NCBI GenBank assembly: GCA_934122215.1
Contig: CAKOWF010000001.1
Location: 6,995-70,994, forward strand
Length of the DNA: 64,000 nucleotides
Reading direction: 5' to 3'
Origin: an uncultured Bacilli bacterium
GTDB lineage: Bacteria; Bacillota_I; Bacilli_A; RF39; UBA660
The notes under the pieces are model-generated. The model ran no database searches and was not told where the DNA came from. It was given only the letters and a program-made list of their open reading frames with translations. The position numbers and the translations under genes are program-made. Numbering within the stretch: the first letter of the stretch is position 1; each line of letters opens with the position of its first letter. Shown in pieces: positions 42,128-51,898 of the stretch.

Positions 42128-43330
42128 TTAATTTTTCATATATTTTATTTCAAAAGTGGTACCACTATTTTTTACAGAAGAAGCTATTATAAATCCATTA
42201 TCTTTTTCAATGATTTTTTTAGATAAATTTAATCCTATTCCTACACTACTAGAAATTGAATTTTCTCCTTTATAAAATCTCTTAAATATATTTTTTAAAT
42301 CTAGTTCACTCATTCCTATTCCATAATCTGAAATAGTAATTTTAACATAAAAATGGTTATCTTCAACAATTATATCAATAATAGAATTATTATTAGAATA
42401 TTCGATAGAGTTTTTCAAAATATTAGATAATGCTTCTACTTCCCAAATAAAGTCTCCATTAATATATGTTTTATCATCACAATCAATATTAATTAATATA
42501 CCTTTTAATTCTCTTATTATTTCTATTTTATCTACTGCTTTATTAAGTAAGCTTAAAACATTTATTTTTTCATTTTTGAATTCTATAACATTCGCATCAA
42601 ATTTAGATAACTTAAGTAAATTTTGAACTAAAGTTTGTATATTGTTAACTTCTTTTCTAATACTATATAAAAACTCATCCTTCGTTTTTTTATCCATATT
42701 AGGATTTTCAATTATATCATCAAGTAAAATAGAAATAGAAGTTAATGGTGTTTTTAATTGGTGTGATATATCACTTATAGAGTCTTTTAAATTTACTTTG
42801 TCCTTCTTTAAATTTTCTGTTTGTTCTTTTAACATGATAGTTATTTTATATAATTCATTTTTTAAAAGTGATAATTCATCTTCATTATTATCTAATATAT
42901 CTAAATAATAATTTTTTCTATTTATTTCTTTTATATAATTAGTAATCTCATTTATTTTTCTTCTATCTTTATTATGATAATACAGATATATTAGAAAAAT
43001 TACTAAAGTATATATAATTAATAATAGCATATTAATTTTTAAATAATTATTTTTGATGTCATTATATTCTAATAACATACTATCATTATTTATATCTATT
43101 CCATATTTATGAACTATATCTTCTATATCACTATTTAAAATATTAAATATCTCATCATCTGTTATATTTGTTTTTTCTTTTATTAAATAAATTAAATTAT
43201 TAATTTTAATATTTGCTTGAGTACTATATTCTTTATATTGTTTAATACTAACAAAACTATTAATTATTATAAATAATATTAATAATATACTAACTAATAT
43301 AAGTATTTTTATATGATTTTTTTCTTTCAT
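42128..43330 (-). CDS. sensor histidine kinase
   Basis: 400 aa; 2 TM, HisKA H-box (SHQLKTPLTSI), HATPase N/G boxes (DYGIGM). Confidence 0.85.
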   Translation of the reverse strand: MKEKNHIKILILVSILLILFIIINSFVSIKQYKEYSTQANIKINNLIYLIKEKTNITDDEIFNILNSDIEDIVHKYGIDINNDSMLLEYNDIKNNYLKINMLLLIIYTLVIFLIYLYYHNKDRRKINEITNYIKEINRKNYYLDILDNNEDELSLLKNELYKITIMLKEQTENLKKDKVNLKDSISDISHQLKTPLTSISILLDDIIENPNMDKKTKDEFLYSIRKEVNNIQTLVQNLLKLSKFDANVIEFKNEKINVLSLLNKAVDKIEIIRELKGILINIDCDDKTYINGDFIWEVEALSNILKNSIEYSNNNSIIDIIVEDNHFYVKITISDYGIGMSELDLKNIFKRFYKGENSISSSVGIGLNLSKKIIEKDNGFIIASSVKNSGTTFEIKYMKN

Positions 43331-43959
43331 TTACTATCAATCCTATACCCTATTCCTTTTACTGTTTTTATAATATTATCTCCTATTTTAGATCTTATTC
43401 TTTTTATATAAACGGTTAAAGTATTATCTTCTACAAAATTTTCTGATTCATCCCATATTCTATTTAAAATAAATTCTCTTGTAATTATTTTATCTAAATT
43501 ATGAAATAATAAAGATAATATTTTGTATTCTAATTGTGATAAAGTTATTTCTTTATTATCTTTTAAAACTATCATTTTATCTAAATCTAATGTTATATTT
43601 TTTACTTTTATAATATTTTCTTTATTTAAAATTCTTTTTATTTTTGCTAGTAACTCACCTGTTTTAAATGGTTTAGTTATATAATCATCACAACCTAAAT
43701 TAAAACATTTTAATATATCTTCTTCTTCGTCTAAAGCTGTTAAAAATATTGTTTTAACATCATTATTTTTTTTATAAAAATCTATTCCATTACCATCTGG
43801 TAAAGTAATATCTAATATCATTAGATCATATTTTTTTGTATCTTTCTTATTAATTTCATTAATACTAGTACATAAATCTACTTCATATTTATTTTCATTT
43901 AATAAATATATTAATGCTTTAGCTATTAATTCATTGTCTTCTAATAATAATATTTTCAT
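43327..43959 (-). CDS. OmpR-family response regulator
   Basis: 210 aa; receiver (LEDN...DLMILDITLPDGNG...K) plus winged-helix C-terminal domain. 4-nt overlap with kinase. Confidence 0.85.
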   Translation of the reverse strand: MKILLLEDNELIAKALIYLLNENKYEVDLCTSINEINKKDTKKYDLMILDITLPDGNGIDFYKKNNDVKTIFLTALDEEEDILKCFNLGCDDYITKPFKTGELLAKIKRILNKENIIKVKNITLDLDKMIVLKDNKEITLSQLEYKILSLLFHNLDKIITREFILNRIWDESENFVEDNTLTVYIKRIRSKIGDNIIKTVKGIGYRIDSK

Positions 43960-44003
43960 GATATCACCTACTTTATTATACCATAAAAGAAGGATTAAAC
44001 CTT

Positions 44004-46526
44004 CTATATGTTATCATTTCTAATAGTTTCAATAATATTTTGTTTATTTATTTTCTTTAATGAAAATCTCATAATAAAGAATACTAAAATAAATACTGCT
44101 ATTATAGATATTACTATTGGAACTAATGGAATTTTAAATCCATTATCAAATGCTGTTGCGAATGCTTTATAAATTCCAAATGATCCTAATATACCAAGAA
44201 CTATACCTATTACTAATGATTTTGTTGAATAAAATAAAGTTTCTAAGTTAATCATTCTATTAAATTCTTTTTTAGTCATTCCTATGCTTTTTAACATAGC
44301 AAATTCTTTTTGTCTTAATTCCATATTAGTTGTAATAGTATTAAATATATTTGTTACTCCAATTAATGTTATTACAGTAATAAATCCATACAAGAATATT
44401 GAAATAACTAAAATCATTGATTTATTTTGTTTCATCATTTGTTCTATATTAGTCAAATTTGCATTTAATTTTAGATTATTAAAATCTTTTTCAAATTGTT
44501 CCGCATTATTTGATTTTATAGTTATACTTTGTGGTATTAAATTTCCACCTATATGTTCTTTATAATAATTTTCACTAACATAAATCATTCCACCATCAAT
44601 ATATGTATTTTCTAATCCATCTGGATGTGTTGATGTAATATAATCTATTTTAATATTTATATTATCATTTTCAATAGTTCCAGTTATTGTATCATTTGTA
44701 TTATAAGTTAAGAATCTATCATATTTACGACCTTCATCTGTTGAATACAAGAAATAATCATTAAATATAACTTTATCTTTGTAATCTTCATATTTTAAAT
44801 TTAATTTTTCAATATAATTTTTGAATGAAGTTTCATCAAATACATATATCATAATAGTTACATCATCTATATATTTTCCAGCTACTTCTTCTCCTAATTT
44901 ACTCAAATATTTTTTATCTATTGTAATTGTTTTTCCATTTGATAGTTTTGTATATTTTTGAATGTTATCAAGAGATAGTATTTTACTAACATCTTTTTCT
45001 TCATAACTATAAATCATAATGTTATAGTCTATATTTGTATAATACATATTTGATAAAGAAAATCCATAATTTATAAATGTATTCATTGTAATGAATACTA
45101 ATATACTTACAACTAAAGATATAACTGTTGTTCTATATTTTTTAGAACTTCTTTTTAAATTTTTATAAGCAACTACTCCACCTGTTTTGAATAATTTTTT
45201 AATTATAAATGGAGTTCTTAATTTTTTAGCTTTAATATTATAATTATTACTTCCCCTTATTGATTCAATTGGACTTATTTTACTTGCTTTTTTAGTTGAA
45301 GCTAATGATGATAAATATATTGTTATAAATCCTAATATAGTAGATGCAATAATAGCTATAAATGATACTTTAAATACCATACCATTTAAATCACCAAACA
45401 TAAAATCTCCTACTAATAAGTTAACTATAATAACTAATATATAGTCGGCTAATATTCCTGATAATATACCAAGTGGTATAGCAATTATTCCTAGTATCAT
45501 GCCTTCTGTTACGATACTTTTTTTGATTTGTTTTTTAGTAGCACCTATACTTTTTAACATTCCTATCATTTTAGTTTTTTCGGTTGTTGATATAGCAAAA
45601 GCATTTCTAATTACAAATATACTAGTACCAATAATAATTAATATTACTATACTTACTACCTTTATTAACATACTTGTAGTAGTATCACCAAAGTTAAATA
45701 TCTCCCATCTTAACAAATCATCGTTTATAACATAATTATATTTTAAATTACATTCTTTTGTATAATCTGACGAACATACATCCACCATATTTTCTTTTAT
45801 ATCTAATATTTCACTAATAGATTTTTTGTATTCTCTTGGATGTTTAAATGATATATATAAATTAGTATTACTACCTTCTAAATTGGTTGTTAAAGCTGTA
45901 AATCCCGGATCAGAATATCTTTCAAAGGTGTAATCTGGTCTTTCGATAATACCTACTATAGTAAATTTCATTGTTCTAGCATTTTCAATATTTTCTTCAT
46001 CTTCATAATAAGGATTGCTTGGATTTAATTTATATCCATCTGACATTCTATTTCCAACATTAAGTTCTATAGTATCCCCTATTTTATAATCCATTTCTCC
46101 TAACGTTTTTAAATAATGACTAATTATTATTTCATTCTCATTATTTGGAAATCTACCTTCTATTAATTTAAATTTTAAATTATTAAAATCATTATTATTT
46201 ATTGAATATAAATGTATATATGGTTTACTACTATAATTTATTTTTTCAAGTTTAGCATAACCTATTTCATTTACTTCGTATATATCTTTTACATCGTAGT
46301 TATGTTTTAGACTACTTTTGATTGAATCATCAACATCTTCTATTTTAACATGATAATATCCTGATGATTCAATAACACCTTTTACAAGTGTTGCTCTAAA
46401 GCTTGTAAACATTCCTGCTACAGCGCATATTAAAGCAACTGATAACATAATTCCTATAATTGTTACAATTGATCTTTTTTTATTTAATTTTAAATCTTTA
46501 ATTATAATTTTATTTAATATTTTCAT
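44004..46526 (-). CDS. ABC transporter permease with two FtsX modules and two large extracytoplasmic domains
   Basis: 840 aa; TM1, ECD (~50-280), 3 TM, TM5, second ECD (~490-700), 3 TM. Tandem FtsX/MacB-type permease. Confidence 0.7.
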   Translation of the reverse strand: MKILNKIIIKDLKLNKKRSIVTIIGIMLSVALICAVAGMFTSFRATLVKGVIESSGYYHVKIEDVDDSIKSSLKHNYDVKDIYEVNEIGYAKLEKINYSSKPYIHLYSINNNDFNNLKFKLIEGRFPNNENEIIISHYLKTLGEMDYKIGDTIELNVGNRMSDGYKLNPSNPYYEDEENIENARTMKFTIVGIIERPDYTFERYSDPGFTALTTNLEGSNTNLYISFKHPREYKKSISEILDIKENMVDVCSSDYTKECNLKYNYVINDDLLRWEIFNFGDTTTSMLIKVVSIVILIIIGTSIFVIRNAFAISTTEKTKMIGMLKSIGATKKQIKKSIVTEGMILGIIAIPLGILSGILADYILVIIVNLLVGDFMFGDLNGMVFKVSFIAIIASTILGFITIYLSSLASTKKASKISPIESIRGSNNYNIKAKKLRTPFIIKKLFKTGGVVAYKNLKRSSKKYRTTVISLVVSILVFITMNTFINYGFSLSNMYYTNIDYNIMIYSYEEKDVSKILSLDNIQKYTKLSNGKTITIDKKYLSKLGEEVAGKYIDDVTIMIYVFDETSFKNYIEKLNLKYEDYKDKVIFNDYFLYSTDEGRKYDRFLTYNTNDTITGTIENDNINIKIDYITSTHPDGLENTYIDGGMIYVSENYYKEHIGGNLIPQSITIKSNNAEQFEKDFNNLKLNANLTNIEQMMKQNKSMILVISIFLYGFITVITLIGVTNIFNTITTNMELRQKEFAMLKSIGMTKKEFNRMINLETLFYSTKSLVIGIVLGILGSFGIYKAFATAFDNGFKIPLVPIVISIIAVFILVFFIMRFSLKKINKQNIIETIRNDNI

Positions 46527-46527
46527 A

Positions 46528-47226
46528 TTAATTTCTCACATCTTTTATAATTTTTCCATCTTCAATTGTAATAATTCTATCAGCATTTTTAGCTATTTCT
46601 AAATCATGAGTAATCATAATAATTGTTTGATTGTATTTTTTATTTGAAGTTTTAAGAAGTGATACTATTTCATCACTTGCTTTTGAATCTAAATTACCAG
46701 TTGGTTCATCTGCTAAAACTAAAGATGGATCAGTTATAAGAGCTCTTCCTATTGAAGTTCTTTGTTGTTGTCCTCCTGATAATTCATTAGGTAAATGTTT
46801 TCTTCTATTTTCTAATCCCAAAGTTTCTAATAATTCATTTAATTTTTTATTATCTACTTTCTTATTATCTAAATCACTTGGTAAAGTTATATTTTCTTCT
46901 ACATTTAATATTGGAATTAAATTATAGAATTGATATATTAACCCTATTTGTCTTCTTCTAAATATAGCTAAATTGTCATCATTCATTTTGTAAATATCAT
47001 TACCATCTATAAATACTTTACCACTTGTAGGTCTATCTACTCCACCTAGTAAATGTAATAATGTTGATTTACCACTACCACTAGCTCCTACAATAGCAAC
47101 AAATTCTCCTTTTTCAACGGAAAATGATACATTATCTAAAGCAGTTACTTTTGTTGTTCCTTTTCCATATATTTTTGTTAAATTTTCTACTTTTAAAATC
47201 TCCATATTATCTCTCCTTTTCTTCAT
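46528..47226 (-). CDS. ABC transporter ATP-binding protein (MacB/BceA-type)
   Basis: 232 aa; Walker A GASGSGKST, signature LSGGQQQR, Walker B LVLADEPTGNLD. Confidence 0.9.
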   Translation of the reverse strand: MKKRRDNMEILKVENLTKIYGKGTTKVTALDNVSFSVEKGEFVAIVGASGSGKSTLLHLLGGVDRPTSGKVFIDGNDIYKMNDDNLAIFRRRQIGLIYQFYNLIPILNVEENITLPSDLDNKKVDNKKLNELLETLGLENRRKHLPNELSGGQQQRTSIGRALITDPSLVLADEPTGNLDSKASDEIVSLLKTSNKKYNQTIIMITHDLEIAKNADRIITIEDGKIIKDVRN

Positions 47227-47259
47227 TATATATTTTCAAAATGACTTTAAAATGACTAT

Positions 47260-47892
47260 TTAACTAATTCTATAATGTCCTATTATTTCATAATTTTCTA
47301 ATATATCTTCCTCATAATTTATTTGAAATGGATTAGCATGATGAATTACATAGTTTATTCCTTTACTATTTCTTTTGTCTGATACAATTCCAATGTGCTT
47401 TTTAAATACTACTATATCTCCTCCTTGCCATGATGATATTTCTTTTGGATTTAGTGTTAATGATATAGAATTATATTTAAAATATATATTTAAATTATTT
47501 ACTCTTCTAAAATCAATATTTTTATCAATTATTTTTATATTATATCTTTCTTTATGTGATTTTATATCTTCATTAACTAGTGTCATTAGATCATATCCTG
47601 CATCTTTTAAAGCAAATCCAACTACATCAGTACATACACCATACTCATCATTTGGATAACCAGTTTCATAGTATTTACTTTTATATTTTGGTTTTGTTTT
47701 TATATATTTTTTTGCATTATTTAAAATATCAGTTTGATCATCTATATTATCATTATCTTTATCAATACTACTTATATATGTTTCAATATTGAAGTCTTTA
47801 TTATTATATTTGTGTTCTGGTAATATAATAATTAACAAAATAGTTATTATTCCAATTATTATTATTTTTTTCATGTTATCACCTAAATTCAT
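47260..47892 (-). CDS. DUF1287-like secreted/anchored protein (tentative)
   Basis: 210 aa; N-terminal TM/signal. YETGYPNDEYGVCTDVVGFALKDAGYDL resembles DUF1287 core. Confidence 0.4.
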   Translation of the reverse strand: MNLGDNMKKIIIIGIITILLIIILPEHKYNNKDFNIETYISSIDKDNDNIDDQTDILNNAKKYIKTKPKYKSKYYETGYPNDEYGVCTDVVGFALKDAGYDLMTLVNEDIKSHKERYNIKIIDKNIDFRRVNNLNIYFKYNSISLTLNPKEISSWQGGDIVVFKKHIGIVSDKRNSKGINYVIHHANPFQINYEEDILENYEIIGHYRIS

Positions 47893-47923
47893 ATTATCAT
47901 ACTAGTAAATTAAAAGTAAATCT

Positions 47924-49081
47924 TTATTTTGATTTACTTTTTTTCATCATTATATTTGTTGTTATAAATTGATATATTGAAGAGCATATTTGACCTAAAC
48001 AAGTACAAAACGGTGTTGGTAATAATGACACTATTAATCTTAGTACACCAGATACTAATTTATTAGTTGTTATTAAAATAGTTGAATACTCTAATTGTAA
48101 AGAGCAAGTATTTATTCTATATATTGGGTATATAGCAAAATTTACTATTTCAAAAATTAAATATATTGATACTAATTTTAAATCTAAATTATACATATTA
48201 TGAAGAAATAAAAACATTAAAAATACTGTTATTAATAAAATAAATAATAATTTATAAGCATTTTTAATATGTTCTTTATAATTGAATTTCTTTTTAGCAA
48301 GATCTATCTTAGCTACTTCTGAAATTGCTTCAAATGAATCCCATTGACAATCAGTAATAAGTGACACAAAATTAATTGCTACTATGTACTGAATTCCAAA
48401 ATCTGAAGCATTGCTTAATCCAAATAAAAATATTAAAAAATATAAAACATTATTTATTACATCAACAGAATCATATTTTATTTTTGAAATAATATTTAAA
48501 TCTAGTTTAAATTTATTCCATTCTATTATTAGCATAATAATCACATACAAAAGTATTATTATTAAGGTTATAAATATAATATATAGTTGATTTTTAAATA
48601 TTAAGGAAGTTACAACTAAACAAATAAAATTTAACAAATTAAATGTAATTGTATAAATATTTGCTTTTGTATTTTTTTCTTCATAATATAATTTTTCGAT
48701 TAATAAAACAAAAATTGAATGTATATATAATTGAATCATTGAATATATACAAAAGTTATGATAAATTGTAATATCCATATTCATAAATGTAATATAATTA
48801 TCAGCATTTAATACAAATAGTCCAAACACTATGAATCCAACAACTATACCACTTATTATTCCAGACATGACTATATTTGAATTTTTTTCTTTTTCTTTAC
48901 ATATATTAGGAGATACTCCAAATATTGATTTTATTAATGAATAAATAAATTGTAATGGATATGTCAATGTAAATACATTTATTAAATTTTTATCTACAAG
49001 TATTCCTAATGCAAACCAGGATATAATTGGAACAAATGAAAAAAATAATGAATCAAAACTAATTTTTAACAATCTTTTCAT
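47924..49081 (-). CDS. hypothetical polytopic membrane protein (possibly flippase/Wzx-like)
   Basis: 385 aa, ~10 TM, no catalytic motif. Confidence 0.35.
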   Translation of the reverse strand: MKRLLKISFDSLFFSFVPIISWFALGILVDKNLINVFTLTYPLQFIYSLIKSIFGVSPNICKEKEKNSNIVMSGIISGIVVGFIVFGLFVLNADNYITFMNMDITIYHNFCIYSMIQLYIHSIFVLLIEKLYYEEKNTKANIYTITFNLLNFICLVVTSLIFKNQLYIIFITLIIILLYVIIMLIIEWNKFKLDLNIISKIKYDSVDVINNVLYFLIFLFGLSNASDFGIQYIVAINFVSLITDCQWDSFEAISEVAKIDLAKKKFNYKEHIKNAYKLLFILLITVFLMFLFLHNMYNLDLKLVSIYLIFEIVNFAIYPIYRINTCSLQLEYSTILITTNKLVSGVLRLIVSLLPTPFCTCLGQICSSIYQFITTNIMMKKSKSK

Positions 49082-49293
49082 TTTCTTACCTCCTAATATG
49101 TTTAATTATATCAAAAATTTCAATTATTTTCTAGTTAATAATTTATCATCTAAATTTAAGTTACCTAAATTTTCTATCTTAGAAAAATAACTATTAAATA
49201 AAAAATAAGCAAGTATATTTACTTGCTTACTAAGTGTATTTGTATCTTTTAAAAGAAAATATTTTACTTTTTCAATTATTTTAATATATTATT

Positions 49294-50082
49294 CTACATA
49301 TATCTTCTTTTTTTGATTAATTGGTATAATTTATTTTTTCCTACATCCTTATCACTACATTTATTTATATAATATGTTGTTTTAAACACATGATTATTGT
49401 TATTATTCAATATGTAAAATTGATAATTATATATTTTTTCAGGATAAGTTGATAGTAATTTTATCATTTGTAAATGATAAATATCAGTTGCTAATTTACC
49501 TATATTTCTTGCATAAGTATTATATTCAGAATACATATGGATATTTTCATCATCCAGTACATTAACATATTTTGTCTTATAATATGGTATTTCTACTTGT
49601 TCATCAATTGTAGTAGGAAGTAATTTTAGTCTTCCTGTTGGTATATTAACACTTAATCCTAATCTTTGATTTTTATCAAATAATTCTAAATCTTCTATTT
49701 TTTCTTTTAATTGCCTAATAATAAACTCACAATCTACTATACTTGTTTTCATAAACACTGATGTTGCTTGTAAATATAAATTTGAATTAATTTGTTCTTC
49801 AGTCAATGAACTCATAAAATGTTTTAATTTATTAAGTCTTTTTATTTTATGTGCGATTTTATAATCAATACTTTTATTTATTAAATTATCATCTAATCCA
49901 TAGGTACCAACAATTTTAAATAATTTTGTTTCTAATTTTATATTTTCTCTTTTGTGATAATTATTTAAAAACTCTTTAATTTTTTTGAATCTGTCGGATT
50001 CTAATTCATTACTTTGAATTAGTTTTTTACATTTTTCAAATTCTTCTTTAGTCATACCTTTTTCATTTTGATTATCTGTCAT
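49294..50082 (-). CDS. hypothetical protein
   Basis: 262 aa, no motif. Last of a 3-gene set downstream of tRNA-Glu. Confidence 0.4.
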   Translation of the reverse strand: MTDNQNEKGMTKEEFEKCKKLIQSNELESDRFKKIKEFLNNYHKRENIKLETKLFKIVGTYGLDDNLINKSIDYKIAHKIKRLNKLKHFMSSLTEEQINSNLYLQATSVFMKTSIVDCEFIIRQLKEKIEDLELFDKNQRLGLSVNIPTGRLKLLPTTIDEQVEIPYYKTKYVNVLDDENIHMYSEYNTYARNIGKLATDIYHLQMIKLLSTYPEKIYNYQFYILNNNNNHVFKTTYYINKCSDKDVGKNKLYQLIKKRRYM

Positions 50083-50095
50083 TTTAATTTATTTC

Positions 50096-51379
50096 CTACT
50101 TTCTTGTTTTCTTTAATATTGGTCCTTGTTCTTTTTCATATGATGATTTTTGTTCAAATTGATTTTCTATTGCATTTACTAGTCTTTGATTTAACTCATC
50201 TCTTATCATGGAAATACTTCTTTGAAATTCAGATTCAAAATTTTGATGAAACCAATCATACATACCTTTAATATCTTCATCAAAATAGTTTTTAAATTCT
50301 TCTATCTTTTTTTCTATATTTATTTCATCAGTATAACTCTTATCAGAATTAGAAAGACATATTCTTACTTTTCCTATATTTTTTATACCTTGTGATATTG
50401 AATAAATCTCATGTCTAGCATTTATTTTATTATCTTGATTAATTCCATAATAATGAGAAGGTCTTTTATAATTACAAAAAGTCGCTAATGAAATACATCC
50501 ATTTTCTAAAATTTGACCTTTAATATATTCATCACTATTTAAAATACCTTCGAAAAAACCTTTTTCATCTATTAAGATTGTTCCTTTATAATAATTATAA
50601 TAACATTCTAAATATTCTTCACAACAATCATCAAATAAATTCAATGAAATTGAAATGTCCATAATTTTATGTTCTTTTAAACTTTCCATTGCATCTTCAA
50701 ATTTATAACCCATATTTAATTTTTTATTAAATTCTTTCATTTTATTTATATATTTTTTTTCTTCGTTATTAATATATCTACGATTCATAAAATTAAATAA
50801 AGCTGGGCCACGATTAGCATATAATAAAATTATATTCATTGTTTTAGAATAAGTCATTCCACTATGTCCATCATTTAATACTTTTTCTTTTATTTCTTTA
50901 AATAATTTTCCATCTTCTATCATTTGCATAATTTCTAACGCTTTTTCAACTTCTAAGCCATAATAATCACCATTTGCAGAAGCAACACAAGTTTTTTCCC
51001 AATTTATAAATTTTTCAGGATGAATATATTTTTTTCCTTCTTCTATCCAATTAGGAAGCTTTTCTTGTGCTTCTTTTTTAGATTTTTCAATCTCTATTCT
51101 AGTTTCTTCCAACCATCTTTTTTCTCTTCTTAGCCATGTTTTTCTTGTACATTTTAAGCATTCATTAAAAGCACTATCCATAGTTACATCTAAAGAATAA
51201 AGTTTTATACCATTAAAATTTGCATAATAATTAAATTTACCTTTTCTTCTCAATTTTTCTAACCTAATTACTATGTCATCCAAACCTTCTCCAGCATATG
51301 TTTCAATTTCGATTGCATGACTTTTTATATATTCTATATATTCTGCAGATAAGCCATTTAAAAATTGATTTAAATTCAT
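50096..51379 (-). CDS. hypothetical protein
   Basis: 427 aa, several Cys pairs (CLKC, CCEEYLEC), no recognised family. Confidence 0.4.
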   Translation of the reverse strand: MNLNQFLNGLSAEYIEYIKSHAIEIETYAGEGLDDIVIRLEKLRRKGKFNYYANFNGIKLYSLDVTMDSAFNECLKCTRKTWLRREKRWLEETRIEIEKSKKEAQEKLPNWIEEGKKYIHPEKFINWEKTCVASANGDYYGLEVEKALEIMQMIEDGKLFKEIKEKVLNDGHSGMTYSKTMNIILLYANRGPALFNFMNRRYINNEEKKYINKMKEFNKKLNMGYKFEDAMESLKEHKIMDISISLNLFDDCCEEYLECYYNYYKGTILIDEKGFFEGILNSDEYIKGQILENGCISLATFCNYKRPSHYYGINQDNKINARHEIYSISQGIKNIGKVRICLSNSDKSYTDEINIEKKIEEFKNYFDEDIKGMYDWFHQNFESEFQRSISMIRDELNQRLVNAIENQFEQKSSYEKEQGPILKKTRK

Positions 51380-51452
51380 AATTAAACCTCCTTTAAAGTT
51401 CTGTTTAATAGTATAACATATATTTACATATTTTTAACATATTTTAGATAAT

Positions 51453-51731
51453 TTATCGTTCAAAATCATCTTTTTCTTTGCTTAAATCTAATTCTTCAAT
51501 TTCGTCATTATTTAAAACATTATCATCGTACATATCATTAACAACATCAATATATTTATCATCTTTATCATACCAACTATGAAGTTTATCATGCAAGAAA
51601 GATATTAACTTATTAAACTTTTCTTTCCAATATTCAATAGTATTTTTTAAATCTTGCATTTTAAATTTTAAAAATGATATTTCATTAGCTTTTTCTTTAA
51701 AAAACCTTTTTCTAAACAAGAAAAAAATCAA
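51453..51731 (-). CDS. hypothetical small acidic protein
   Basis: 92 aa; directly downstream of tRNA-Glu. Confidence 0.35.
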   Translation of the reverse strand: MIFFLFRKRFFKEKANEISFLKFKMQDLKNTIEYWKEKFNKLISFLHDKLHSWYDKDDKYIDVVNDMYDDNVLNNDEIEELDLSKEKDDFER

Positions 51732-51796
51732 TCCTAATTTAGAATTGATTGTCTATTTATTCTCGAAACTATAAAAAGTTCGAGCGGATTTCCCAA

Positions 51797-51873
51797 TGGT
51801 GGCCCGTATGGGATTTGGACCCATGAATAATACCTTGAGAGGGTACCGTGTTAAACCACTTCACCAACGGGTC
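51797..51873 (-). tRNA. tRNA-Glu (anticodon CUC)
   Basis: Hand-folded: GACCCGU acceptor (A2·C71 mismatch), D-arm with GG, anticodon stem GUACC/GGUAU, loop CUCUCAA, 5-nt variable loop, T-arm AUGGG-UCCAAAU-CCCAU, discriminator A, encoded CCA. Overall very similar to B. subtilis tRNA-Glu. Confidence 0.75.
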
Positions 51874-51898
51874 AGTTATTGACTAGTTAACTAGTCAA

